A DNA stretch of 55,822 nt from a virus (IMGVR_UViG_3300047095_000877:1-55822); one strand, 5' to 3'; counted from the stretch's first letter, positions 36,702 to 46,747 are shown. The notes: generated from the sequence alone by a model not told the origin. Numbers and translations: made by a program.

Positions 36702-37714
36702 AGCGGCACCGCCTTCTGTCGTGCAATCAGGCTAGCCGCATCGCTCGCCAGCACCGCAACCTCAGTCCCAGCCCAGGCTGGCTGACCCTTGATCATCACG
36801 TCACCAGTCAGCCGGATCCGCACCTCGCCGCGGTGACTTACCGTCGGGGAAATCTGGCGCAGATTCTCCACCCTGATCGCGTCAACCGCGCAGTGAAGGT
36901 CGTTGCGGCCATACGCAATCAGCGCCTTGTGCCCGCTTACCTCAAGCCCGCCGGGAAACACGCACAGCGGCTGCCAACGCGTCTCGCAGTCGGGAACACC
37001 CCACTCCTCCTTAGCTGTCAGCACCGGCGCGCTCGACACCATCATCGGTGCATGCGGCGCCGTCGCGGCAAACGTCAGCCACGCTGCGTGGTACAGCCGG
37101 CTGCGGCGCGGGTGTTTCTCCCAGCTATGGAACATCGTCAGCTTCTGGCCTTGCCAGTCGACCGCCGGCGTGCCGCCGCTCATCCGTCCCCAGCGCCAGC
37201 GCACGGGAGCGCTGCGCCATTCCTGCACCACCTCGTCGCCCTCGAGCTCGAGCACCGTCCAGCCGGCAGCGCCCATGTCATAGACGCACCGCAGCGCGCC
37301 CTCAGCCTCGAAGAACGTCCAGTTCTTCTCCTTGCTGCTCCAGTCGTTGGCGCCGTATTTCGGCACCCAAACCTTCGCCAGGCTCCACGTCTTGCCCTTC
37401 TTGGCCAGCTTTCCGTACGCCTGCACGCACTTCCAGCCCTCCTTCAGGCCGTAGCGGGCGATGGAAAACGCGATGTACGTACATTCGCCGTACACAAAAA
37501 GTCGTGGATCCTCGAGTGAGCACCCCTTTTCGACACCCGGCACCTTCAGCCGTTGATTGCGCAGCACGTTGCGCGCACCATCCATCTCGGCCAGCACGAT
37601 CTCGCTGACCTTGAAGTCTTCCGGCTCAGACCGGTATGCCAAGAGAAAGCCCTCCCCAGAGCGAACCAGGGAGGGGTTGTAGTTTCGCTTGGCCTGAATC
37701 AGCCCAGCGATCAT
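36698..37714 (-). CDS. Five-bladed beta-propeller glycosidase-like protein (GH130/GH43-like) with small C-terminal domain
   Basis: YNPS..LAYR, EDPRL, EKNW, GGTP, VFPGGL..YG.ND. Confidence 0.8.
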   Translation of the reverse strand: MIAGLIQAKRNYNPSLVRSGEGFLLAYRSEPEDFKVSEIVLAEMDGARNVLRNQRLKVPGVEKGCSLEDPRLFVYGECTYIAFSIARYGLKEGWKCVQAYGKLAKKGKTWSLAKVWVPKYGANDWSSKEKNWTFFEAEGALRCVYDMGAAGWTVLELEGDEVVQEWRSAPVRWRWGRMSGGTPAVDWQGQKLTMFHSWEKHPRRSRLYHAAWLTFAATAPHAPMMVSSAPVLTAKEEWGVPDCETRWQPLCVFPGGLEVSGHKALIAYGRNDLHCAVDAIRVENLRQISPTVSHRGEVRIRLTGDVMIKGQPAWAGTEVAVLASDAASLIARQKAVPL

Positions 37715-37716
37715 GC

Positions 37717-39717
37717 TCAGGACAGAGCGCCGGTGCCGTAGCAGAAGGCGCCAGCTTGCTTCACAGCGAAGTCCACATCCTGCAGAGCAATGATGCGAAC
37801 GGTGCCGCTGGTGGCGCCGGCGTAAGGATCCAGGGTCAGATCCAGACCGGACCACAGGCCCATGATCATCTGGTCGAAGGCACCGAAGATGATGTCGTCG
37901 AAGGCCAGCTGGTTGGAGATCACGGCGGGGTAGCCGTTCACTTCGTTGTTCTCGTACACGAAGCCAGCAGCCACAGCAGAGGCAGACTTGGCGGTCGACT
38001 TCAGAGCGCCGCGGGCAGCAGCGTTCATCAGGTAGAACAGCGAGCCGGCGTCGGCGTTGTCCTTGGCCACCTCGGTCTCCATGTCGATCAGCTCGGCGAA
38101 GGTGCCGTAGCCGGTCAGAGCCTTGGTGTTGATGCCAACGGTGTTCACCAGACCGAGGGGCTGGTTGCTGGAGCCGGAGCCGTAGATGCCAGCGCGGTCG
38201 ATCTCAAGAGCGATCACGCGAGCCAGGTCGTTGCGCACCATCTGCTCCACGTCGATGGAGCTCTGGAGCAGCAGGCGGCGGCTGTAATCCACGAAGGCGC
38301 CCACGGTCTTGGGCGACATGGTCACCTGGCCGAGGGTTTCCTGGCTCTCGGTAGGAGCAGAGCCTTCACCGACCCAGTAGGCAGTGGCAGCGCCGGTCTG
38401 CTTGGGGATGGCGATGTTGCCCTGCAGGCCGTTGAGCACGGTGGCGCCCACGTTGGCCAGAGCCAGCTTGTTGCGGAGCAGCTCGATAAACGAACCGGCC
38501 AGCAGGTCGGTGGCAACCAGGTTGCCGCCGGCGGTTGCGGTGCCGACGTTCAGGTCACGACGGAGCACCTCGTTGGGCACCATCAGACCGTTGGCGGGCT
38601 TGCCGTAAGCCTTGGCAGCAGCGTCAGAAACCTCACGCTCGAAAGCGGCGGCTTCGGCGGCCTGCTTGTCGCCAGGGTTGGCGAGATAGTTCAGGGCGCG
38701 CAGGAAGGAGTAGCTGCGGGTCTCCTTCTCGTTCAGGCCGACCTCGGAGGTCGATTCGATGCGGTGCTCCACTTTGGTGCTGCGGGTGTCGATTTTTTCG
38801 AGGAAGGCAGCACGGGCCTCGTCGAGGCTGCGGCCACCGTCAATCAGTTCGCGTGCAAGCTCGGTCATGCCGTGCTTGTCGCCGAGGGCGGTGATGGATG
38901 CGATACGGCTACGCTCGGCCTCGACGGCCTTGGACCGGATCACCTCCACGTCAGGGGTGGTGTTCTCCATGTGAACCTCAGGTTCTTGAGGGGTTGGTGA
39001 TGCGGCGGTGGCCGCAGAGTCGATCGCAAGCGACCGGCCGATTCCGATAGTCGGATCTGCAGGCACACTAACAACCGAAACTTCGTACGGACTCCAACGA
39101 GTGGCTACGAAGTTGTCGCCACGCTCCTCCATCTTGTCGATGGCATAACCAAAGCTGACGCCCCGAAGAACGCCATCCTTGACATCAGCCATCACCTCCT
39201 TGGCGAAGCTGTTGCGGGAGAAGCGGACCTTGACGTAGCCGCGCTTCTTTTCGCCGTCGATCCATGCTCGCTCAACGACGCCCACTACCCGATCAGGGTT
39301 GTGGTTGAAGAGGAGCGGAGCACCGTCATTAAGACGGGCCAGATCAGCGGCGTCACCCTCGTGACTCAGCACTTCGTTTCCGAAGTACCGGGCCACGGGG
39401 TATTCGGAACTGAAGGGAAACTCGAATGAGCGGTCTTCAACTTCGGCAAAAGCAGTGACTTCGGTGCGCTGGTATTTGCCCTCAAGCTTGCGCTCCTCCA
39501 CCTCGGGCATGGCTTCTTCAGCCATTTCTTCTGCCTCAGTTTCTTCCTCGGGGTCTTCGCCCTGCAGGATTTCCATGGTGTCTTCCACCACTTCCATCAT
39601 GTGCTCAGCTACAACCTGAGCCACGGCGTCACCGACGACAGCTACTTGTTCTTCGGTCAGATCAGCTAGTGCGCGATCTTCCACGGGTGTCTGGTTTTGT
39701 TCTTTGAGTTCGTCCAT
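37717..39717 (-). CDS. Fused HK97 prohead protease - major capsid protein
   Basis: PLLFNH, VSFGY, PYEVSVVSVPAD protease motifs; AGGNLVAT, WVGEG, ALEID capsid motifs. Confidence 0.95.
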   Translation of the reverse strand: MDELKEQNQTPVEDRALADLTEEQVAVVGDAVAQVVAEHMMEVVEDTMEILQGEDPEEETEAEEMAEEAMPEVEERKLEGKYQRTEVTAFAEVEDRSFEFPFSSEYPVARYFGNEVLSHEGDAADLARLNDGAPLLFNHNPDRVVGVVERAWIDGEKKRGYVKVRFSRNSFAKEVMADVKDGVLRGVSFGYAIDKMEERGDNFVATRWSPYEVSVVSVPADPTIGIGRSLAIDSAATAASPTPQEPEVHMENTTPDVEVIRSKAVEAERSRIASITALGDKHGMTELARELIDGGRSLDEARAAFLEKIDTRSTKVEHRIESTSEVGLNEKETRSYSFLRALNYLANPGDKQAAEAAAFEREVSDAAAKAYGKPANGLMVPNEVLRRDLNVGTATAGGNLVATDLLAGSFIELLRNKLALANVGATVLNGLQGNIAIPKQTGAATAYWVGEGSAPTESQETLGQVTMSPKTVGAFVDYSRRLLLQSSIDVEQMVRNDLARVIALEIDRAGIYGSGSSNQPLGLVNTVGINTKALTGYGTFAELIDMETEVAKDNADAGSLFYLMNAAARGALKSTAKSASAVAAGFVYENNEVNGYPAVISNQLAFDDIIFGAFDQMIMGLWSGLDLTLDPYAGATSGTVRIIALQDVDFAVKQAGAFCYGTGALS

Positions 39718-41333
39718 CAGTTAAGCGGTCCCTCTGGACGCTCAGATTGAACTCCATCTACCTTAGACGCTTTCTTGCGACGCGATCTGGCGGGAGGGCG
39801 GCGGGGAGGCTCTTGCGTGGGGCTCTCCTCCCCGCCTACCGGCTGCTCCTGGGGGGCGAGAGCGGCCGGGTTCATGTCGGCGTCCAGCTGGACACCAAGA
39901 TCAACGGCAGTCTTGCGCTCGCGTGCAATCTGCTGAAGGTTCTCATCCAGATCACCGCCCAACTGAGCGCAGATCTGTGCCTTGGTCATATAGCCCGCCG
40001 CTTCCATCTCGCGGTAAGCCTTGACCTCCTTGAGCGGGTCAACCCAGCTCCAGCCACGCGCCAGCCATTTCGGGCTGTCATAACGATCAGGCCGCAGCTC
40101 GTAGTCGGGCAGCGCCAGCTCGCCGCTCAGCACCGCCACATCCATCCACTCGCGGAAGATCCGCATGTGGAAATTCTCGATCAGGTACTGCTGCACCACC
40201 TTCCAGTGGTCGCGGTCCTCGAGCAGTGACAGCCGGCTGCTGCTGTAGTTGGTCTCGCTGAAATCACGGCTCAGCGTTTCATACGAGCAGCCGAAGCCAG
40301 ATGCGAACCGGCGCGTCTTGGCGCGCACGAAGTCCTCATACTGCGCATCCGGCGACTTCAGATCCGGCACGATCACCGACTGGCCCGGATCGAGATACTT
40401 GAACACGCCAGGCTCAAACTCGCTGATGCGCTGGCCGTTCTCAACATCGTCAGCCTCGAGCTCGCCCTCTGGTGAGGTGACGAAGCCCATCAGCGATGCC
40501 GCGCTGCGAGCACGCACCACTGCAGCCTCTTCGTAGCCGGCCAGCTGGTGCGCATCGGTGATGATCGGCGCGAACCAGGGCACACCGCGGTGCTGCGAGG
40601 GGCGCTCCGGCACGAACAAATGAATCACGTCCTTGGCCGGCAGGAAGACATGCTTCACCGTCGCCTTTTCCGTCGACCCCTGGAACCAGTAGTCGCCCGG
40701 GTGACGTGTCAGAAACGCATACTGCACCGGGCGGCCGTAGCGGTCGATCTCGACCCCCATTCGCCATTCATTGCCCTTGGCGCTCACCGCACCGTTGTAC
40801 TCATCGTCGAGCAGGTCGCTCTCGATGATCTCCAGCGCGATCGGCACCTTGCTGCCACCGAACGGCTTGCGGTGGATCCTGAACAGCACCTCGCCGCTCT
40901 CGGGCAGCGCGCCGGCCGCCAGCCACTCGAACATGTGGAAGCTGCTCTTGCCCGCCACGTCGCAGTGGTCCTTGCGGCACCAGCGCTCCCACTTCGCTTC
41001 AATCAGGCCGTTGATCCGATCGTCGCGCTTGTTGCCGCGCAGGCTCATCACCTGCGACTGCAACTTGACGCCCTGGCCAACCACGTTGATCTGCGTGGTG
41101 CGCTTCGCCTGCCGGGCATACGGGTTGTCCCGCACCATCTGGCGGCTGCGGTCACGCAGCTTGCGCAGGCTGGTCTTGATCTCAGCGTCAGCGCTGGTGC
41201 CATTGCTGATCCAGTCGCTGGTCAGCCGGTTGATGATCGCCCCGGCATAGGTGCGACGCCGGCGTCGCGGCTGCTCTGGCTGCGGCTTGGGCCCAAATCC
41301 AAGGGCCGTCATTACTCGAGTACGGAGTCCCAT
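39717..41333 (-). CDS. Lambda-family portal protein
   Basis: LRDRSRQMVRDN, GVEID.YGRP, RGVPW, D.S..NYSS.R, WVDPLKE. Confidence 0.95.
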   Translation of the reverse strand: MGLRTRVMTALGFGPKPQPEQPRRRRRTYAGAIINRLTSDWISNGTSADAEIKTSLRKLRDRSRQMVRDNPYARQAKRTTQINVVGQGVKLQSQVMSLRGNKRDDRINGLIEAKWERWCRKDHCDVAGKSSFHMFEWLAAGALPESGEVLFRIHRKPFGGSKVPIALEIIESDLLDDEYNGAVSAKGNEWRMGVEIDRYGRPVQYAFLTRHPGDYWFQGSTEKATVKHVFLPAKDVIHLFVPERPSQHRGVPWFAPIITDAHQLAGYEEAAVVRARSAASLMGFVTSPEGELEADDVENGQRISEFEPGVFKYLDPGQSVIVPDLKSPDAQYEDFVRAKTRRFASGFGCSYETLSRDFSETNYSSSRLSLLEDRDHWKVVQQYLIENFHMRIFREWMDVAVLSGELALPDYELRPDRYDSPKWLARGWSWVDPLKEVKAYREMEAAGYMTKAQICAQLGGDLDENLQQIARERKTAVDLGVQLDADMNPAALAPQEQPVGGEESPTQEPPRRPPARSRRKKASKVDGVQSERPEGPLN

Positions 41334-41932
41334 CAGCGGCCACCAAAGCGGACAAACATGTTGTGGGGGTTGCCCAGCCCATTGGCGATCATCGCCGCCT
41401 TGTTCTCACGGGCAACCACGGCCTTGAGCCGTGACTCAAGCGCCAGCAGCTCAGCCAGGTCGTAGCGCTTCAGGTTGCGCGTCCCGATCCGGTACTCCTG
41501 CACCGCACCGCCGCTCATCAACGAGCGGATCGCCGCCTGCACCGCGTCGAGATCCTTCTGCGCCTGCGACCGGCCATCAAATGCGCTCGGCTGACCGGCG
41601 TAAGCCAGGTTCGCCTCAACCGTCAGCGACCCGCTGCCCAGCGTCGTCTTGGCGCCGCCCGCATTGGCGGTCGCCACCGCCTGGAAATACCAGTCATCCG
41701 CAACGAAGCCCGCAGTTGTTGCTGCCGGGATCGTGAACGTCCAGCCGCTGCCAGCCGGCGTGCCCACCACCGTCACGCCAGCCACTGTGGCGCCCTGGTG
41801 GTTGTGATTCGTGCGCAGGTAATAGGTCAGGCTGTGGTTGCTCCCGTCGATCGGTGCGCCAAACACATCGACCGTGGCCTCATCGCGCCACACGACCGTG
41901 TCACCTGCCCGGATTTTGGAAGGAATCTTCAC
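41333..41932 (-). CDS. Head completion protein (gpW-like C-terminus)
   Basis: VQEYRIGTR.LKR..LAELL; between terL and portal. Confidence 0.75.
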   Translation of the reverse strand: MKIPSKIRAGDTVVWRDEATVDVFGAPIDGSNHSLTYYLRTNHNHQGATVAGVTVVGTPAGSGWTFTIPAATTAGFVADDWYFQAVATANAGGAKTTLGSGSLTVEANLAYAGQPSAFDGRSQAQKDLDAVQAAIRSLMSGGAVQEYRIGTRNLKRYDLAELLALESRLKAVVARENKAAMIANGLGNPHNMFVRFGGR

Positions 41933-41936
41933 GGCC

Positions 41937-43790
41937 TCACCACTGGCGGACAAAACTCCGTTTCGGAGCCTTGTTCGATCTTAGCGGCGCCTTTCGCTCC
42001 CTTTCTACGGGCTTTTCGAGCCGTTTCTCCAGCTGATCCCAGATTGTTCTGCGGTCGTACCGCTGGTACAGCCGATTTAATCCTGCATACGCATAAACAA
42101 GCTCGTCCAACGCTTCATTGCGCTGGCTTGATTTCTTTACCCATACCCTTTCGGGGTAACCGCGAACGAACCTTGTGATCTGCTTTTCTGCAGTCAGTTC
42201 CTCGAAATACTCCTTCCCAGCCTCTGCATAGAAGTGCAAGTAGCCCGGCCCGGGCTCGTTGTGCTTCAGCCGGCCAAACAGCAGGCTCTTCACCGTGTCG
42301 GATCCGACCGGATACACCTCAGCGCCTTTCTTCAACGCACGACCCTTGTGGTTCAAGTCCACCTTCGATGGCTTGCCGATCGGTGGCTTGCCCTTCTGGC
42401 TCTGACCCTTGATCGCGATCACGCCCATGTTCTGGCGCTCCCTCGCGTATTGGTAGACCTCCATTGTGTGGTGGCCGCCGGAGTCGATGCAGACCACATC
42501 CGGCCTGATCTCGGCGCCGAGCGCATGCTTGAACGGCTTCAGCAGGATCTCATCCAGCTGCTTCCATGGCTCCGGCCGGCTCGGGTCGCCGTGGATCACC
42601 TGGCGATCAATCAGCCAGCCTTCTTCCTCGCGGCCCCACGCCCAGATCGACAAGCTCAACCTGTTGTCCTGCACGTCGCAGCCGATTGTCACCGCCGACG
42701 CTTCGGCCGGGATCATCTGGCTTTCGTAGAACTCCGCACGCTCCAGCAGGCTGTCAGCACCCACCTTCGCCGCGTAATCGTCCTCCCAGCTTTCGCCCAG
42801 CACGGTGTTGACGAACGTCTTCAGCGCCTCAGGGTCAGATTTCGCCTCGAGAAACTCATCACGCAGGTTGTCCCAGCTCGCGTTTGGTGAGTAGCTGTAG
42901 GCCGCCCAGATGTGGAAGCTGGCGTGCTTGCCGTTGCCCGGTGCCGTCGCTCGCCACTGGCCACGCTCCACCATCCAGCGCTTCTTTGCGTGCGGGATCA
43001 GCACGCCGCAGCTCTCGCAGACGTAATGCACCGGCGACAGCTGGTCGTCCCAGCGCATGTTTGCCCACTTCAGATATTGCATGTGCCCGCAATCGGGGCA
43101 GGGCACGAAATAGCGCCGCTGGTCGCCCTGGCTGAACAGCCGCTCGATCCGGCTGGCATCCTTCAGGGTCGGTGTCGACCCGGCCACGATCTTGCGGTTC
43201 CAGTAATACTCCGTCCGCCTGATGCCGAGCTTGATCTGGTCGCCCTCGGGGCCGGCACTCGGTGGGTAGCCGTCGGTCTCGTCGAACATCACGATCCGCC
43301 TGCTCACACGGCGGAAGCCCCGCGGCGAGTTGGCGCCCACCAGGCCAAGCGTTCCGCCCGGGTACTGCTTCTGCAGGATCGTGTTGGCGCCGTCCTTCGC
43401 CTTGCTGTCGCTGACCAGCCCTTTCAGCACCGGCACATCGCGCAGCATCGGCGCGATCTCTTCTTTCGAGTAGCCCTGCGCGTCCTCGATCGTCGGCTGC
43501 ACCAGCATCATCGGGCACGGATCCTGGTGGATGTGAAACGCGATGCAGGCGTTGAGACACTTGGTGTATCCCACCCGGGCGCTTTTCATCACCGAGATCT
43601 GCTCGATCGTCGGATCGGTGATCGCGTTCATGATGCCCTTTTGGTAGGGCAGCGTGTGCCAGCGGCCGGCTTCAGCGCTGCTTTCGGCCGACAGGTAGAA
43701 ATACCGATCCGCCCACTCGCTCAGCGTCAGCTTCTCCGGTGGCTTCCACGCCTGCAGCGCTGCCTTCGCGATGTCGTTGATGTCAGCCAT
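41937..43790 (-). CDS. terL: Terminase large subunit, lambda gpA family
   Basis: KSARVGYT, FDETD, GSTP, YFVPCPDC, F.NT.LGE, DVQ, DSGG, NEALD. Confidence 0.97.
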   Translation of the reverse strand: MADINDIAKAALQAWKPPEKLTLSEWADRYFYLSAESSAEAGRWHTLPYQKGIMNAITDPTIEQISVMKSARVGYTKCLNACIAFHIHQDPCPMMLVQPTIEDAQGYSKEEIAPMLRDVPVLKGLVSDSKAKDGANTILQKQYPGGTLGLVGANSPRGFRRVSRRIVMFDETDGYPPSAGPEGDQIKLGIRRTEYYWNRKIVAGSTPTLKDASRIERLFSQGDQRRYFVPCPDCGHMQYLKWANMRWDDQLSPVHYVCESCGVLIPHAKKRWMVERGQWRATAPGNGKHASFHIWAAYSYSPNASWDNLRDEFLEAKSDPEALKTFVNTVLGESWEDDYAAKVGADSLLERAEFYESQMIPAEASAVTIGCDVQDNRLSLSIWAWGREEEGWLIDRQVIHGDPSRPEPWKQLDEILLKPFKHALGAEIRPDVVCIDSGGHHTMEVYQYARERQNMGVIAIKGQSQKGKPPIGKPSKVDLNHKGRALKKGAEVYPVGSDTVKSLLFGRLKHNEPGPGYLHFYAEAGKEYFEELTAEKQITRFVRGYPERVWVKKSSQRNEALDELVYAYAGLNRLYQRYDRRTIWDQLEKRLEKPVERERKAPLRSNKAPKRSFVRQW

Positions 43791-44319
43791 CGCTCGCCAG
43801 CTCCTCGAGCGCCTCGCGCACGATGTCTTCCAAGATCGCGATCTGGTCCTGGGTCAGGTCTGGGATCCGCTGCTTTGCCTTGCTGGCGATGCCCAGCACC
43901 TTGGTGCGGCTGATCGTGATCACCTCAACCCACTTGGCTTCCACCTCGGACGCCCGCACCAGCAGTCCTTCCTTCTCCTTGCGCTCCAGCTCGAGCAGCT
44001 CGGCCTTCAGGTACTCGGTGCGTGCCCGGCTTTCGTTGTATTCGGGGACAATGTCCCCAGGTTCGGGTTCGGTGAGTGATCGGTCTCGTTTGGGTCGCTC
44101 TGGAGGAAAGGCAGTCTCGCCCATCGGTGGCTTGGGGCCGACGCCGATTTTGGCCATGGTGTTGGCGAACCAGTCCTCGCGCAGCGTCTCGGACTTGATC
44201 AGCTCCTTGCCATCAGAGGTCCGCACGACCGGTAGCCGGCCCTGCTTGATCGCCTTGTAGACCGCCGTGCGGGACACGCCCAGCGCGTCGGCCGCCTCTG
44301 ACTTGCTGATGAGCGGCAC
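43783..44319 (-). CDS. terS: Terminase small subunit (Nu1-like)
   Basis: N-terminal HTH, YNESRA..E..KA.L.ELE..G.LV, REALEEL. Confidence 0.88.
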   Translation of the reverse strand: MPLISKSEAADALGVSRTAVYKAIKQGRLPVVRTSDGKELIKSETLREDWFANTMAKIGVGPKPPMGETAFPPERPKRDRSLTEPEPGDIVPEYNESRARTEYLKAELLELERKEKEGLLVRASEVEAKWVEVITISRTKVLGIASKAKQRIPDLTQDQIAILEDIVREALEELASDG

Positions 44320-44517
44320 GGGATGCCGTTGATGTGAACCGATGTTACAGGTTTACAGTCTTGGTTGACACTATCCCCAAAACGCTGTCCTGGAGGGTAG
44401 TCTGGTCGGTTGCCTCGTTGACGGGGAAAGGGGGGTCTTTGCGTGAGACAGGCTGGACTCAAACCAAGTTGCGGAGCTGATGCCTAGATCAATATCGAGA
44501 TTCGAATTCACCCCCGC

Positions 44518-44711
44518 TGAGAATCATTCTCAAGGACCCATTGAGAATCAATAACACTTGCAATTGAGAATCAATAAGCCAGGGCGGTGAGAATGAGAAT
44601 CATTCTCAATACCCACGGCCCTGAGAATGAGAATCATTCTCACCATTCGGCGGGCTTACAAGAATGAGAATCATTCTCACCCTGTTGCCGCTGGAATGAG
44701 AATCATTCTCA
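44518..44711. repeat. Left array of Fur-box-like palindromes
   Basis: TGAGAATCATTCTCA at 44518, 44594, 44628, 44665, 44697, plus degenerate TGAGAATCAATAA at 44542 and 44565. Confidence 0.9.
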
Positions 44712-44745
44712 CCGTAGGAGTAGTACAAAACTACTCATTAAGAAT

Positions 44746-44785
44746 TGTTACAATCTCGCCCGATCGCGCCAGTATTTGCTATACT
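44746..44785 (+). promoter_or_regulatory. Promoter with extended -10 (TGcTATACT)
   Basis: TGTTACA 44746-44752, TATACT 44780-44785, upstream of ORF 44831. Confidence 0.6.
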
Positions 44786-44830
44786 AATGGTGTGGGCAGT
44801 TCTGCTCACTTTCTCATCGCACCTTGAAAC

Positions 44831-44980
44831 ATGCAATCTATTGCAGACCTGTTCGCCGCTCGATTGGAAGAACTGCGCCGCATCGATGAAGAATCGAACC
44901 GCCGGACGCAAGATCTACTCAAACGGACGCGAGCATTAATTAAGGAGATCGAGGCAATTGATCTCGAGACTGAATACTGA
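44831..44980 (+). CDS. 49-aa helical protein
   Basis: MQSIADLFAARLEELRRIDEE...; own promoter, CGCACCT-N6-ATG leader and terminator. Confidence 0.75.
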   Translation: MQSIADLFAARLEELRRIDEESNRRTQDLLKRTRALIKEIEAIDLETEY

Positions 44981-44983
44981 AAC

Positions 44984-45009
44984 GGGGGCCAATCGGCCCC
45001 CTTTTTTTT
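44984..45009 (+). terminator. Intrinsic terminator
   Basis: GGGGGCC-AATC-GGCCCCC followed by T8. Confidence 0.9.
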
Positions 45010-45020
45010 GTACAAACTAG

Positions 45021-45042
45021 AAAGCCCGCCGAACTGGCGGGC
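45021..45042 (-). terminator. Intrinsic terminator for the leftward island operon
   Basis: Minus strand GCCCGCC-AGTTC-GGCGGGC-TTT. Confidence 0.7.
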
Positions 45043-45066
45043 CGGTCGATCGATCGTGCGGGCGGA

Positions 45067-46134
45067 TCACGCGGGCATCAGCTGAACGATCCCGTCGGCT
45101 AGGCGAACGATCGGCGCGTTCGGCAGGATGAATCCGGCGAGCTCGGGATCTGCGCCGCGGGATCGCTTAGCCCTCAGGATCACAGCCACGCCCGCGGGAT
45201 CCTGCCACCGGTGATCCGTAGCGTCGCCGTCGACGGTCTGCAGCGCCAGGGTCTGGCCGCCGTGGCTGATCAGCACACGGGCCGGGATCGGCGCCCCCTT
45301 AGGTAGGTCGATCGGAACGGCTAGGCGGAACCCGGCGAGGGCGGCGGCGATGGCGTCGGCGGCGGCCGTCGGGCGATCGCCGGCCAGGCTGGCGGTCACG
45401 TCCCATCCGGCGTCGCGCTGAGCGATCAGACCGAGCGGGCCGCCGGTAGGCGCTTTGCTGTATTCGTACAACTCGATCGATCCGTCGGCCGTGGCCGGTG
45501 ACAGGAGCTCGGCCAGAGTCCGGCGCTCGCCGTTCGCGATCAGCAGACCGAACCGGCGCCGGATCGCGATCGCTTCAGGCAGGCTCACAGTCAACCGCCG
45601 GACGTGCCACGGTTGATCGTCGGTGCCGCGCAGCCTGACGGCGAGGGGCAGACCGTCGGCCTGGGCGCGGGCCCATTGGCGGGCGATCGCCCAGAGCATG
45701 GCCCGGCCGTACAGGGCGGGGTCGGCGATCATTGCCAGAGTCCGGCGGCCACGGGCGGCGGCCACGGCCGGTGACAGGCCGCCGTGGCCGGCCCACGCTA
45801 GGCAGGCCGACGCACAGCCTTCTGTGGCCCACGGGCAGGCATTGAACACCGACGCGGCGGCCGTCATTCCCTCGCGATCGGCGAGGGCGGCCAGGGCGGC
45901 TAGGTGCCCGCGTGGGGCCACCGTCGACCGGTTCGCGGGATCGATCGCGGCGGCCAAGGCGCGGCCTGGCAGGCCGTGATGGATCACGGCGCGGGCGATC
46001 TCAGAGCCCTTGCCTAGTTTCGGGTTGGAATCGGTGAGCACGTCGGCCAGGGTCAGGCCGAACCGGGAGAGATGGGCGGCCACGTCGGCGGGCAGGGCGA
46101 CGCGGGCGTTCGAACGGATCAGAGCAGCAGGCAT
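45067..46134 (-). CDS. GP88-like protein with Cx6Cx3C motif
   Basis: SNPKLGK, NACPWATEGCASACL..AG.G, VRLRGTDD, YEYSK, VDGD..D.R..DP. Confidence 0.75.
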   Translation of the reverse strand: MPAALIRSNARVALPADVAAHLSRFGLTLADVLTDSNPKLGKGSEIARAVIHHGLPGRALAAAIDPANRSTVAPRGHLAALAALADREGMTAAASVFNACPWATEGCASACLAWAGHGGLSPAVAAARGRRTLAMIADPALYGRAMLWAIARQWARAQADGLPLAVRLRGTDDQPWHVRRLTVSLPEAIAIRRRFGLLIANGERRTLAELLSPATADGSIELYEYSKAPTGGPLGLIAQRDAGWDVTASLAGDRPTAAADAIAAALAGFRLAVPIDLPKGAPIPARVLISHGGQTLALQTVDGDATDHRWQDPAGVAVILRAKRSRGADPELAGFILPNAPIVRLADGIVQLMPA

Positions 46135-46153
46135 GGTGTTAGGTGCGGGGTGA

Positions 46154-46717
46154 TCAGATCAGGCGGAGAATCGCCAGCCAGGAATCGGGCGCGTCCGGCT
46201 CAACAGTTCGGCCGTCGGGCGTTTCACAGCAGGAATCCAGAGTCCAGAGATCGAGCTCGCCGTCGGTAGGCGCCGGCCAGAATTTGCCGCGCCACCAGAT
46301 CCGGCGAACGCCGCCGGCCTGATCGATCGGCAGACCGGCGCGGGCGGCGAGCTCGCAAGCGGTCTCGGTGGAATCATCGGCGGCGGGCGCCGGGGCGCGC
46401 CATGGCGCGTTGATCGACGCCACTAGGTCGGCCCATTGGCGAGCAAACGGCCAGGCGCGGGCGTCGGCCGGATCGATCAGCGCGAACCGGTGATCCCATT
46501 GGCGGGCGATCTCAGCGGCGCGCCGCTTGCTACAGAGAAGGGTCCCGGCGCTAAGGCCGGACTCCCTATGGGTGATCACCCATTGCCCCCGGCAGACCGG
46601 GAAGCGGCGGGCCGAATCGCAGGGCGGCGTGAGGGCGACCCATTGGCCCATCCAATGGGCGGGCGCCATAGCGTCGCCGGCCTTGGTGGCAACGCGGCAA
46701 AGGTGAGGGGTTGGCAT
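46154..46717 (-). CDS. Hypothetical protein
   Basis: C-terminal DSCCETPDG..VEPD...SWL; CGCACCT leader. Confidence 0.75.
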   Translation of the reverse strand: MPTPHLCRVATKAGDAMAPAHWMGQWVALTPPCDSARRFPVCRGQWVITHRESGLSAGTLLCSKRRAAEIARQWDHRFALIDPADARAWPFARQWADLVASINAPWRAPAPAADDSTETACELAARAGLPIDQAGGVRRIWWRGKFWPAPTDGELDLWTLDSCCETPDGRTVEPDAPDSWLAILRLI

Positions 46718-46747
46718 GGTGCTAGGTGCGATGGGAAGGGCGGCTGA

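Noticed and set aside
37636-39000. Long antisense ORFs (e.g. 37636-39000, 52202-53617, 31442-32443, 42912-43913 on +)
   Set aside because: Shadow frames of clearly identified minus-strand genes in GC-rich DNA; no recognisable motifs.
44518-44711. CRISPR array interpretation of the TGAGAATCATTCTCA repeats (also 48161-48395)
   Set aside because: Repeats are only 15-21 bp, linkers are short and irregular, copies degenerate like operator sites, and no cas genes are present.
44627-44827. MRIILT-repeat ORFs (44627-44827 +, 48170-48406 -)
   Set aside because: Translation artefacts of the palindrome arrays.
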